64,000 nucleotides of DNA from a virus. Shown in pieces: positions 45,760 through 55,655 of the stretch. How positions within the stretch are numbered: the stretch's first letter is position 1; the number at the start of each line of letters is the position of its first letter. Made by a program: the position numbers and the translations under genes. The notes beneath the pieces were generated by a model, which did no database searches, was not told where the DNA came from, and saw nothing but the letters and a program-made list of their open reading frames with translations. The stretch lies in the IMG/VR virus record IMGVR_UViG_3300020123_000219, positions 1 through 64,000 of that record; one strand, written 5' to 3'.

Positions 45760-46301
45760 CAGCCTCCCAGCCGTATCTCACCCAGGCCGTTGCAGCCGGG
45801 ATGGTTGACCCAGGTCAGCCCGTTGGCCGGGCAGAAGTCGTCGAGAGCCTGCGCGACCTCGCGGCGCTCCCACTCAGTGTCGTGCAGCAGGACCGTGCCC
45901 CGGGAGTGCAGCAGCGGTATCCACAACCTGAGTTCGTCCATCGTGTGCTGGTACAGGTGCGAGGTGTCGATGAACAGCAGGTCCGCCGGGGCGGCGTGCT
46001 CACGGTGCCAGTCCACGATCTCCCCGGCGGTGTCGTCACCTCGGGTGAACGTCCACGACGGCAGATCCAGCCACCCGGGCGGAACCTTCGGCGCGTCGAT
46101 GTCAACCGACCACAGGTGCCCGGCGCCGAGATGCTCGATCGCCGCGAGGAACGCTGACGTGGAGTTCCCCGTCCTGGTTCCCAGCTCGATGATCCTCGGC
46201 TCCGGTGACCGGCACGCCGCCGCGAACAGGTAATCCATGTGCTCCCAGATGTCCGACGGCACCAGGCGCCGCGCGTCGAACTGCCGGGTGACGGTCAGCA
46301 C
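45759..46301 (-). CDS. class I SAM-dependent methyltransferase (Methyltransf_24-like)
   Basis: IIELGTRTGNST, SVD, DLLFIDTSH.Y, LLHD. Confidence 0.88.
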   Translation of the reverse strand: MLTVTRQFDARRLVPSDIWEHMDYLFAAACRSPEPRIIELGTRTGNSTSAFLAAIEHLGAGHLWSVDIDAPKVPPGWLDLPSWTFTRGDDTAGEIVDWHREHAAPADLLFIDTSHLYQHTMDELRLWIPLLHSRGTVLLHDTEWERREVAQALDDFCPANGLTWVNHPGCNGLGEIRLGG

Positions 46302-48255
46302 CCCGCTGCCTCGCGGACCTTGCGGACGGTTTCCACGTCCGCTTTCATCCGCTCGAACCGCCACTGCTCGAAGTTCCCCATGTCCTGCGTGAACTTCGTC
46401 TCCGCCTGCCGGTACGTGTCATCGCGCACCGACGGGTGCTTCGGGTTTAGGTGATGCAGGTGCTCGACGTGCACGTCCTCGCAGTACGTGATGCACCCGG
46501 CGAACTGGCCCAGGTCCGACCACACGTTGTCGACGAAGAAATGCTCCAGCCGGGGCTCGCACATCCACCCGAGCGCCTGCACGATCTCCGACGACACGAC
46601 CACGGCCTGCGGGATGTCCTCGCGCACATGGTCGTTCGGGTACGTGAACCCCGGGCCTCCGGCTTCCAGGACGCGTATCAGCATCTCGTCCCACCCATCG
46701 GTCAGCGGCAGGTGATCATCGCCGAACGACGCGAGGTACCGGTACCCGGACGCGTGGTCCAGGGCCAGCTTGTTCGTCCACGGCCCCAGGTCCATCCGCT
46801 CCCCGGAGGTCACGATCACCGACGGCACGCGCCTGTCGCGGAAGCCTGTCAGCGACTCGCTGACCGCCTTCAGGTTCGCCTCGAACTCCGGGTCATCGTC
46901 GTCGAACCCGAATGCGATGTCGGTGCGCATCACTGCGGTTTCCGCGACAGCCCTGATCAGCCGCCGCACGTTCTCCGGCCTGCCCCTGGACGGGACGATG
47001 AGCAGCAGGTCCCCGTCCGTGCTGCCCTCAGATGCCTTCGGCAGCTCGTCCAGCTGCGCGGCGCTGACCCGCCGGGTCTTCGGCCGCTGATCGTCGATCG
47101 CTTTCAGCACCGGGGTCCAGTACTCGTCAAGCACCCGGTCCGCGTCATACTGCAGAGCGAACTCCCGGGCCTTGGCCTGCACCTGCGCCCACGTCACCGT
47201 GCCCTGACCCGGCACGCGGGTGCCCTTGTCACCCGCGTCGTGGAGCTTGCGTGCGTTGTTCAGGGCAGACAGGATTCCGGACACGTTCGGCCGGGTCCAC
47301 ATCGCGTCATGGCCGTCAACGAAAAAGTCCTCGCCCGACACCTTCCACCCGGAGCCGCACAGCTCCGTCATCGACGACGCGTTCGTCACGATCACCGGAA
47401 CCCCGCACGCCTGCGCCTCGACCACCGGCAAGCCGAACCCCTCCCCGTAGGAGCAGTTCAGCAGCACGTCCAGGCACCCGTACCAGCGGGCCATCGTCGG
47501 GGTGTCCATCAGCCCGCACGCGTACGCGTATTGGTCCGGCAACATGATCGCGTTCGCGATCCCGTAGTAGTCGGCGAGGTTCTTCACGTTCAGGCCCTCG
47601 CGCGGCTGCGCGAACGAGTGCACCAGCAGCCGCGAATCCGGGTGCTTCTCATGGAAGTACGCGAACGCGATGATCTGCTCCTGCAGGCCCTTCCGAGGCC
47701 CTGCTTTATTCGCCGCGTTCAGCCCGACCAGGAAATGCTCCGGAGAGAACCCCAGCTCCTCCCGCAGCGCCCTCTTATCCTCAGGAGGAGAGAACACCTG
47801 CGTGTCAATCCCGTGCGGCACGTAGAACGGGTCGAAGCCCGCCTCCCGCATCTGCTCCTCGCCGAACCGCGACATCGCGATAAGCGCCGACGCGTGCCGC
47901 GCCTTCTCCGCGTCCTGCTTCCCCATCCGCCGGCAGTCCACCGGCAGCCAGTGCACCACGTTCAGGCCCCGCATCGCCGCAGGCTCCATCATGAACACGT
48001 CACACAAAGTGATCATGATGTCGCATTGATTCCGGCGGTAATGCCCCGCGATCACATCCGACCCGAACGGGTCCTGCGCGCCCGGCAGGACCTGGAAACC
48101 GCCCCACGCCATCGGCGACCCGGCAAAAGAAAAAGGCCCCGAGATAACAATCTCATGGCCTAGGGCCTGCAATCTCGGCGCCCAGATTCCTGTTTGCTGA
48201 CCGTACCCGGTAAAGTACGAATCCAGGGAGCATTACTGTGGAATAGGATTCGCAT
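46295..48255 (-). CDS. GT4 + GT2-like fused glycosyltransferase with a frameshift near the 5' end
   Basis: EGFGLPVVEAQACGVPVI (GT-B) and VPSRGRP...GDDH...FVDN (GT-A); MRILFHSNAPW start (48255) is out of frame with TGYGQQT. Confidence 0.85.
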
Positions 48256-48429
48256 TTAAACATCACCTCCCTGCGCACGGGAAGTAATGTCCCGTGCGTA
48301 AGCGCAGTCCTGCACTCTCACGCACTAGCCTCCATATGATGTGACCGGCAGTGGCATTCATCGCCGGCGCAGCGGAAAACGACGCAGCCTCCGTGCGGGC
48401 AGCGGTCGCAGTGATAAACAGACCTCAGG

Positions 48430-48624
48430 TCAAGTGCCATCGTTTCTCAGGTCGTCGCCGCGTTTCAGGTCCCGCTGCTGTTTCAGGTCAGCGATCTGCG
48501 ACAGCGCAGAGTCAAGCCGCGAGTTCACCAGGAGGTGAACCTCGGTCAGCTTTTTCCTGTTCAGGAGTCCCAGGACTGCCGCCGCGAGGGCGGCGGCAGC
48601 CGAGATCACTGATGCCCAGGCCAC
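48430..48624 (-). CDS. small membrane protein
   Basis: TM helix, VHLLVNSRL, coiled coil. Confidence 0.6.
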   Translation of the reverse strand: MAWASVISAAAALAAAVLGLLNRKKLTEVHLLVNSRLDSALSQIADLKQQRDLKRGDDLRNDGT

Positions 48625-48625
48625 G

Positions 48626-49330
48626 TCAGGACAGGCCGCACCAGAACACCTGCGCCCCGGTGGTTCCGGCGGAACCGAGAGCGAAGGTACCGGGCATCGC
48701 GGTGCCCGAGGTGGTGGCGATGGCCGCGAACGGGGACGGGTAGACCGTGCCGCCCGTGCCGACCGGGGTGGTGAGGGTGGACAGGGCGGTGAACCCGACG
48801 GACCCCGCGTAGGTGGTCAGTGAGTTCGCTGCTGTCTGCCCCGTCATCCCGCCGAGCACCGGGAACGACGCCGTCCCGGAGGCGTTGAAGAACATGCCCA
48901 CGTAGTACGGTCCCGACGTGGTCGGGGTGTAGGCAGTGGCCAGCGGGAAGGTCATCAGCCCGGTCTTGCCGGCGACGGTGGACAGCACGCCGGACAGGTC
49001 AGCGGTGGTAGCCACCAGGGTGCCCGTGGAGTTGTACAGCCCCGCGAAACATGATCCGGCTGACGCGGTACCGCCGTTGGCGATGACGTTGACGTGAATG
49101 TTGGAATAGGTGAGCCCGGTCTGCAAGTGCATCAGCGTCATGTAGACAGACCCAACGACGGAGAACGTCGCGGTGCCGGTGCAGTTGTAGGTCGGGAAGT
49201 TCCACGCCTTCAGGGCAAGGTCGGCGGGGTTGAGCGGGGACATGGCCAGCGTCACGTTCGCGCCGCCGGTCAGGACCGTGCCGTCGAACAGGTACGGGGC
49301 CTGGGTCTCGTTGACTTGCGGGTTAGGCAC
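48626..49330 (-). CDS. virion structural / decoration protein
   Basis: Beta-rich; paralogue of 33757-34344. Confidence 0.7.
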   Translation of the reverse strand: MPNPQVNETQAPYLFDGTVLTGGANVTLAMSPLNPADLALKAWNFPTYNCTGTATFSVVGSVYMTLMHLQTGLTYSNIHVNVIANGGTASAGSCFAGLYNSTGTLVATTADLSGVLSTVAGKTGLMTFPLATAYTPTTSGPYYVGMFFNASGTASFPVLGGMTGQTAANSLTTYAGSVGFTALSTLTTPVGTGGTVYPSPFAAIATTSGTAMPGTFALGSAGTTGAQVFWCGLS

Positions 49331-49354
49331 TTACCTCCTGTGAGCGGGGTGCTT

Positions 49355-49648
49355 CTACTGCCGTGGGAGCGTGGTGACTGAGCCCCCGCTGCCCGAATTG
49401 GAGTGGGTGATCCCGACGCTGCCGATGTTCCCGGCAGAGCCCTTGGCCAGGCTCACCGCCGAGGACACCGCCGTGGCGAGGACCGCCGGCGCCGAGAACC
49501 AGGTCAGGTCCACCTCGGACCCGTTGGCTTCCACCAGGTCCGGGCGGACCTGCCCGGACCACTGCGCGGCCTGGCCCAGCAGGGCAGCCAGCCTGGCCGC
49601 ATCTGCAGGGCTGGCGCACGCGATTCTCGTGTATGACTGGCGGTTCAC
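49355..49648 (-). CDS. hypothetical protein
   Basis: GAAGGA SD, GTG start. Confidence 0.5.
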   Translation of the reverse strand: MNRQSYTRIACASPADAARLAALLGQAAQWSGQVRPDLVEANGSEVDLTWFSAPAVLATAVSSAVSLAKGSAGNIGSVGITHSNSGSGGSVTTLPRQ

Positions 49649-49662
49649 CAACGCAGGTCCTT

Positions 49663-49938
49663 CTAGCTGATCGACTGGGTGATGGTCAGGGTGACCGATG
49701 TCCCGGATGCGGTGATGCCCCAGATGCCCGCCGCCGGCAGGTTGAGGAACACGGCCTGGGAACCCGGGGGGAACGGGCATCCCGTGGTCGTGGCGACCCC
49801 GGAGCCCGCCCCGAGGTACGCGGTCACGCCGGAGGTAGGAGGGTTGAAGATGGTGACGGTCTCGTTGCCGTACTGCGCCTCGCCAGCCACGACGAGGGCG
49901 GCAGAGCTGGTCACTGTCGCGAAAAGCTGGTTAGCCAC
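49663..49938 (-). CDS. small structural protein
   Basis: GGAGG SD; follows the capsid gene. Confidence 0.65.
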   Translation of the reverse strand: MANQLFATVTSSAALVVAGEAQYGNETVTIFNPPTSGVTAYLGAGSGVATTTGCPFPPGSQAVFLNLPAAGIWGITASGTSVTLTITQSIS

Positions 49939-50007
49939 TGGCCTCCGGGATGGAGCGGTCCTGCTGCGGGGTTAGCGCAGCCTCGCAGCAGGACCGGGTC
50001 GCAGGGA

Positions 50008-51894
50008 TCAGGAGTAGGGGGTGGTGTCGGAAATCTGGATGCCGCCGAGCCGAGCGCAGTAGTACGGGGCGTTCGCGACAAGCGAGCCGTACATGAACAG
50101 CGAGTAGCGGAAGGTGGCGTCGATGACGGGCCACGCGATCGAGATGTAGTCCTGGACCAGGGTCATTTCCCACACGTTCGCGACGTTCGTCCACGTGTAG
50201 GGCAGCGAGTAGCTCATGAGGAGCGCGTTGCCCTGGGACAGGAACGGGTGGACCAGGATCTTGATCAGCTTGCGGGTAATCGGGTTCTGGAACTCGCTCA
50301 CTGCCGCGCCGGTCGTGATCCCGGACGACTGGTCTTGCTGGACGAACATGCGGAAGTTCGTGGCGTTACCGGACTGCACGATGTCGTTCGACATGCGCAT
50401 GATGTCGCCGCCCTCGCCGATCAGCTCGTCAGGGTCGGCCCGGAACGCGCCCGGGGAGATCGAGCCGGTGCCGTCGAACATGCCCTGAAGCGCGTTGTTC
50501 ACGGCGGTGATCGACAGGTGGGTGCCGAGTTTCTGGTTGATGTACCCGCCGTCCCAGTTCGCCGGGTACACCCCGGCGGTGGACGCCTGCCCGTCGAGAG
50601 TCGGGATGATACCCGCCATGCGGGTGTTCTTCCCGGTGCCGGTGTCCACGGTCGGAGGGTTCGCGCCCGTGGTGGCCACCGCGCCCTGGATGGTGAACCG
50701 CAGGCCGCCCGCAGACGCGGCGGTCTGCGACCCGGTCGACAGGACCCCGTTCTGGGTGGTGGACCCGACCTGCAGGAAGTACTGCGAGTTCGTCGGCGCC
50801 GCAGCGGCGTTCGACACGTAGATGTTGTACTGCAGCGCCCCGGCGACAGTCGGGATGGTCACGTCCGCGACCTGCGAGGTGGTCACGGTGGTGTCCGTGG
50901 ACTGCGCCGACGCGATGGTCTCGCCGTAGTAGTTCACGGCGGTGACCTTCACCGAGAAGTGCGAGGTCGCGCCGGTCATGGCGGTCTCGTTCGACCCGGC
51001 GGTGCGCACCGCGACGGTCGGGGTGCCCGGGGTGGCCAGCGCGGCGGGAGTCGCCGCGATCATCGCGTACTCCTCGGCCAGCATGAACTCCTGCAGGAGT
51101 ACCAGGTTGGCCAGGGCGGACAGGTCCTCGAAACCCTGGCCGGCGAACTGCGACAGCCACGACAGGGACTCAGTCAGGCCGAAGAACTGGTACGGGACGT
51201 TCAGGTCAACAGCGGTCTGCGCCCCTGCGCCGGGCAGGTTCAGCGGCCACGTGCCGGTGATCGACGATCCGCTCACCAGCTCGGGGATCGAGATGTCGAT
51301 GACTCCCTGACCGCCGGTCTGGGAACCCGAGATCCCGGTCATGACCTTCACCCTGCGGCTGGTGCCCTGGCCCTGCACGCGCGGCAGCTTGTTCCGCAGC
51401 GGCGTGTACACCGGGTAGATCAGCCGGGACGGCGCCACCAGGTCGAACGGGACGAACCCGGACGCCAGCGGCGAAGTAAGGGTGAAGTTCTTCAGCGCGT
51501 CGACCTGGCTGAACGCCGAGTTCAGCTCCGACACCAGCTTCTGCAGGCCCTGCCCCCCGAACCCGGGGGTGCCCTGCGCGAGAAACGCGGGGAACTGGCT
51601 CGCGAAACCGGAGTTCAGGCCCTTGTACACCGACTGGGAGTCATAGATCCCGTCGTGGGTGGCCTTGCGGAGCTTGGTGACGGCGTTGAACGAACGCTCG
51701 AAGATGACATCTTCGTCCCTCACCGAGTCCAGCGGCTCCACGCCGCCGGGCTTGGCGTACCCGAATCCCTTGACCGCGTCGGGCATGCGGTGCGCGAGCA
51801 TGTCGTTCGAGCCATTCGGCCCGTTCGCGAACTTGGCGGCCTCGCCGGCCGCCTGCGCCTGCACCTGGGCAGGCGTGTCATACAGAACTGCCAC
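50008..51894 (-). CDS. major capsid protein with internal beta-domain insertion
   Basis: FDLVAPSRLIYPVYTPLRNKLPR; C-terminal VHPFL...GSLVANAPYY; follows the protease gene. Confidence 0.82.
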   Translation of the reverse strand: MAVLYDTPAQVQAQAAGEAAKFANGPNGSNDMLAHRMPDAVKGFGYAKPGGVEPLDSVRDEDVIFERSFNAVTKLRKATHDGIYDSQSVYKGLNSGFASQFPAFLAQGTPGFGGQGLQKLVSELNSAFSQVDALKNFTLTSPLASGFVPFDLVAPSRLIYPVYTPLRNKLPRVQGQGTSRRVKVMTGISGSQTGGQGVIDISIPELVSGSSITGTWPLNLPGAGAQTAVDLNVPYQFFGLTESLSWLSQFAGQGFEDLSALANLVLLQEFMLAEEYAMIAATPAALATPGTPTVAVRTAGSNETAMTGATSHFSVKVTAVNYYGETIASAQSTDTTVTTSQVADVTIPTVAGALQYNIYVSNAAAAPTNSQYFLQVGSTTQNGVLSTGSQTAASAGGLRFTIQGAVATTGANPPTVDTGTGKNTRMAGIIPTLDGQASTAGVYPANWDGGYINQKLGTHLSITAVNNALQGMFDGTGSISPGAFRADPDELIGEGGDIMRMSNDIVQSGNATNFRMFVQQDQSSGITTGAAVSEFQNPITRKLIKILVHPFLSQGNALLMSYSLPYTWTNVANVWEMTLVQDYISIAWPVIDATFRYSLFMYGSLVANAPYYCARLGGIQISDTTPYS

Positions 51895-51912
51895 TAACCT
51901 CCACTGATTAGG

Positions 51913-54603
51913 TCAGGTAGAGAGCATCTTGCGGATTTGTGCCTTCGCGCCTTCCCGCAGTTGCGGGTCGCCGCTGTTCTCCAGCGACTGGAGCCACGAC
52001 AGGTAACCCGCCCGGTGCTGCTCGCCTGCCTCATCAACCAGGGAGCGCCGCTCCGCTGGAATTACGGCAGAGGCCGCCTTCGCCACGACGGACCGGTTAG
52101 GCGCGTCAGCGGTGTCAGGCTGTGAGCCGAGGATGTCGACGCTGCGCCGCAGCGTGTCGATCTCGGCCTGCTGGTGTTGCAGCCGGGACTCGTAACCCTT
52201 GGTGAGTTCCGCGATCTGGCTGTCCTGCTCCTCGCGGGCCTTGCCCAGCTTCCTCAGCTGGCGCTCGACCCGGGCGAGCAGGACGGAAATGTCGCCGGTC
52301 TGGGCGACGTAATCACTAGAAGGGACATATGTAGCGGTGAACCCTGATTCGTTCACCTTGACGGACGACGGGGTCGCGGGCATAGACGGGATCGGGTCCA
52401 TCGGCGCCCATTCGGCGGGCGGCTTCTTAGACTTCTTCTTCTTGCCCTTCCCGATCCCGGTGGCCGGGCCGGCGTCCGCGCCCATCGGGCAGACGCCGTT
52501 CCAGCGGGCAGCGAAGTGGTTGTGGATGGTGCGGAGCTGCGCAGCTGCCTGCTGCGCATCAGCCGCGTGATCGTAGACCTGCCCTGCCGGGGTGCCGGCA
52601 GGGAACGGGTTGGAGTCGCCCTTGTTCCCGGGCGACGGGGACTCGTGGCCTGCGGTAAGCGGGCCGCGCCTGAAATCGTTCGCCATCGGGTGATACGACG
52701 GTACCGTGCCCGGCGATGTGTCCCCAGACGGCGCAGGAGCGTTCGCGTGCCCCGCCGAGATGTACGGGCGGTGGAACTGGCCCGGCATGATCTCGCCCGG
52801 GGACAGCCGCACCGACGGGTACATGTCGGTGAACGCCTTTCGCAGCCCAGCCATCGCGTCCGCGATCACCAGCGGGTCAGCCTTCGACAGCATCTCTGCA
52901 GCCTTCGCTGCGGCGAGCAGCCGCTCCCCGCCGTCAAGATCACCGGAGGCGACCGCTGACAGGGCGGCTTCCTTCAGCTCACCCGGGTCGCAGGCAACGC
53001 CCGGATGCGCCAGCGCCGGGTACGCCGCCTTCACTGCGACAGGGTCATACGCAGGGCACGTCGCGTCGTGCGCCCGCTGCGCCGAGTACGGGGCGTCGGT
53101 GGTGCGCTTGACCGCCTTGCCCCACGGCTGGTCCGGGTGGATGACATCCGGGCCGCAGTCCATCGACCCGCCGCCCCGGTGCGCCGGAACAGGCGACGCC
53201 TGGGGCACGCCCTGCACGCCCACCGTCGGCGTGCATTTCGCCAGCTCGGCCTGTAGCTGCTCGATCTGCTTCATGATCTCCGCAGCCCGGCCGCCCTTCC
53301 CAGAGTCATTGTCGTCATCGTCATCGTCGCCGCCGGGAGGCATCTTCTTGCCGTCCTTCGGCTTCTTGCCGAACGGCTTGGCCTGGTTACCGCCGAACGG
53401 CTTCGCGGCCTTCCCTGCGGTCTGCGGGGCCTCGTCGTCATCGAGGTCGTTGTCTTCGTACTCGTCGGCCGTTTCCTGCGAGGACCGCGAGTCCTTCACT
53501 GACTCAGGCGCGTAACCGAGGTACTTGACCGCCATCTCCTCAGCCAGGTTCCCGTCAGCGAGGGCCTTCGACACGGACCCCGTGTCGATCTCCACGTCGT
53601 CGACATCGAAGACCTTTCCCGTGTGATCGCCTTCCAGCGACGGAGGGAGCTTCTTGCCCGGCCACTTCCTGCGCGCGATAGCCGCGATCCGGGACCGCAC
53701 CGCGCCCGGGTTCTTCGCGTGATGCGCCAGCGACGCCGCGTCGGACACGTCGCCCCACGTCTCGATCGGGAAAGTCTTCCCCGGTCCTGCGAAGTCGCCG
53801 GAAGCTACATCGGAGCGGTCCTGCCCTGAGGAGTCCACCACCCTGCCCGACGCCGTCACCCGCTTCGCCACCTCGGCGTCAAGCACAGGCGCTGCGTACC
53901 GCATGTCCTCCGACTTGGCGACAGCCTCAGCCAGCGACGACTCCGCCAGCGCGTCAGCGAGCCGCTGCGCGACAGGGTCGGAATACAGGTGCCCGATCTG
54001 GCCGGCGTCGCGGCGCCGTGCCACCCGAGCCGCGATGTCGGCCGGACTCGGCGCCGTCACCGACTTCTCCAGCGCCAGCCGGGGGTCGCCGTGCATCTCC
54101 GCGACCCTGACCAGGTTCCCGGACGCATCGGACTTCACCAGGGTGAACGCGCAGTTCTTGTTCGCCGGCCGGTCCACCAGCGAGATCTCCGCGAGCTGAC
54201 CGCCCTTGATGATCCCGCCCCGCGCCTTACCCGAGATGTCCCGCTCGACCACAGGACGGGCGATCCCCACCGAGTAGGCACGCAGCACGCCCTTCTTCAC
54301 CAGGTTCTTCGCGTTCGAGTCCACGACCAGGCTCTTGACGAAAACACCGTCGTCGGTCAGGTCCACGCCCAGCGACGTGCCGACGGCCTTCGTCGGGTCA
54401 TGCGACTGGCGGACGTTCCCCCCGGTCTCGTGCCACTCCGGGACGGCTGTCTTCGCCCACATCGGGTCAACGATCTGCAGGTCCGAATCCACGCTGCCGT
54501 CAGTGGCCTTGCCGTAGACGACCAGGTCCCCGTCTTCGGTGGTGTCCCACTTCTCGATCGGGAAGGAGACGAAAGTCAGCTCGTCGGTCAGGGTCTGCGG
54601 CAT
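51913..54603 (-). CDS. capsid maturation protease / scaffold fusion
   Basis: VYGKAT...DSDLQIV, NVRQSH, RAYSVG, EISLVDRPAN; C-terminal coiled coil. Confidence 0.85.
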   Translation of the reverse strand: MPQTLTDELTFVSFPIEKWDTTEDGDLVVYGKATDGSVDSDLQIVDPMWAKTAVPEWHETGGNVRQSHDPTKAVGTSLGVDLTDDGVFVKSLVVDSNAKNLVKKGVLRAYSVGIARPVVERDISGKARGGIIKGGQLAEISLVDRPANKNCAFTLVKSDASGNLVRVAEMHGDPRLALEKSVTAPSPADIAARVARRRDAGQIGHLYSDPVAQRLADALAESSLAEAVAKSEDMRYAAPVLDAEVAKRVTASGRVVDSSGQDRSDVASGDFAGPGKTFPIETWGDVSDAASLAHHAKNPGAVRSRIAAIARRKWPGKKLPPSLEGDHTGKVFDVDDVEIDTGSVSKALADGNLAEEMAVKYLGYAPESVKDSRSSQETADEYEDNDLDDDEAPQTAGKAAKPFGGNQAKPFGKKPKDGKKMPPGGDDDDDDNDSGKGGRAAEIMKQIEQLQAELAKCTPTVGVQGVPQASPVPAHRGGGSMDCGPDVIHPDQPWGKAVKRTTDAPYSAQRAHDATCPAYDPVAVKAAYPALAHPGVACDPGELKEAALSAVASGDLDGGERLLAAAKAAEMLSKADPLVIADAMAGLRKAFTDMYPSVRLSPGEIMPGQFHRPYISAGHANAPAPSGDTSPGTVPSYHPMANDFRRGPLTAGHESPSPGNKGDSNPFPAGTPAGQVYDHAADAQQAAAQLRTIHNHFAARWNGVCPMGADAGPATGIGKGKKKKSKKPPAEWAPMDPIPSMPATPSSVKVNESGFTATYVPSSDYVAQTGDISVLLARVERQLRKLGKAREEQDSQIAELTKGYESRLQHQQAEIDTLRRSVDILGSQPDTADAPNRSVVAKAASAVIPAERRSLVDEAGEQHRAGYLSWLQSLENSGDPQLREGAKAQIRKMLST

Positions 54604-54649
54604 TCGCCTCCGGTAGGAAACTTCATCGTCAAATTCTCGGGAAGGGCGC

Positions 54650-55204
54650 TCAGGTATCCCACGCAAGGCCCCAGGAAAGCAGCGGCACAGTTTCCCAGGG
54701 TGATTCAATCCCGTGCGACACGGCGAAATCACCGGCCACGTACACGCAATGGTCCCCGGTTACCGCGATATCGCAGCCGGGAACTATCTCTGCTTCCGGG
54801 CCGAGGAACCCGCTCGCTGCCAGCGCCACCACCTCAGCCGGGTCAGCCCATGCGGCGTTGCCGCCCGCAGCGACATGCAGCCGGACAGCGTCCTCGTCGG
54901 TCACCGGCACGCCTGCGGCGACAAGGCTGTTAGCGACCGCGACAGCCGCGCACGTTCCCAGGACATCGTTCATGCCGGTCAGCCAGCGGGAACCCGGAGC
55001 CAGCACGCCCGCAGCCCCGGCCTTGTGGCGGCGGCCATGATGTTTCGCTGCCGCCGCAGTGTGTTTCGACGCCGACCTTTTCGTGCCCGCGTGCTTGCGC
55101 TTGACTGTAACCCTGCTCCGTGCGCTGCCGCCCGGAAGGCCCAGGAGTTTCTTGGCCGCCTTGAACTGCGAGGGCGTCAGCGTGTTGATTCCGGCAGCGG
55201 CCAC
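54650..55204 (-). CDS. hypothetical protein (basic N-terminus, possible Cys-peptidase-like C-terminus)
   Basis: NDVLGTCAAVAVAN...HCVYV. Confidence 0.55.
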   Translation of the reverse strand: MAAAGINTLTPSQFKAAKKLLGLPGGSARSRVTVKRKHAGTKRSASKHTAAAAKHHGRRHKAGAAGVLAPGSRWLTGMNDVLGTCAAVAVANSLVAAGVPVTDEDAVRLHVAAGGNAAWADPAEVVALAASGFLGPEAEIVPGCDIAVTGDHCVYVAGDFAVSHGIESPWETVPLLSWGLAWDT

Positions 55205-55213
55205 CGGGTCACC

Positions 55214-55519
55214 TCACTGGATCTGGATCTGACCCGGGGTGCGGACAGGTACCTCCGGGTTATCGGTGATCTTTACCCAGATCGTGTAGATCCCGGGCGT
55301 GAGGGCCACCACTCCGGACGGCCCGATGTTGCAGGCCGCGTAGTAGGTGTTCGCGACAGGGATGAACCACGTGCCCGTGTACCACGTTCCAGGGGCGACT
55401 GCGCCCGGCTCGAACGCGAACTGCACCACGTCACCGGTCGGGTTGTACGGCTGGTTCACCCCCGCAGCTGACACCGGGACGAACACGTACTCCGTTGACG
55501 AAGCCAGGTAGGTCAGCAT
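55214..55519 (-). CDS. small Ig-like structural protein
   Basis: GIYTIWVKITDNPEVPV. Confidence 0.6.
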   Translation of the reverse strand: MLTYLASSTEYVFVPVSAAGVNQPYNPTGDVVQFAFEPGAVAPGTWYTGTWFIPVANTYYAACNIGPSGVVALTPGIYTIWVKITDNPEVPVRTPGQIQIQ

Positions 55520-55655
55520 CAGCGGCCCGGCGCCAGCGTGACCGGCTGCCCGGCCACCCAGCGCGGCAGCGGCGCCGCAAGGTCCCACCGTGCCAGCGGC
55601 TCCCCGAAAGCCCAGCGGGGCAGCGGCGGCCCCAGCTCGAACACGATCACGGCCA

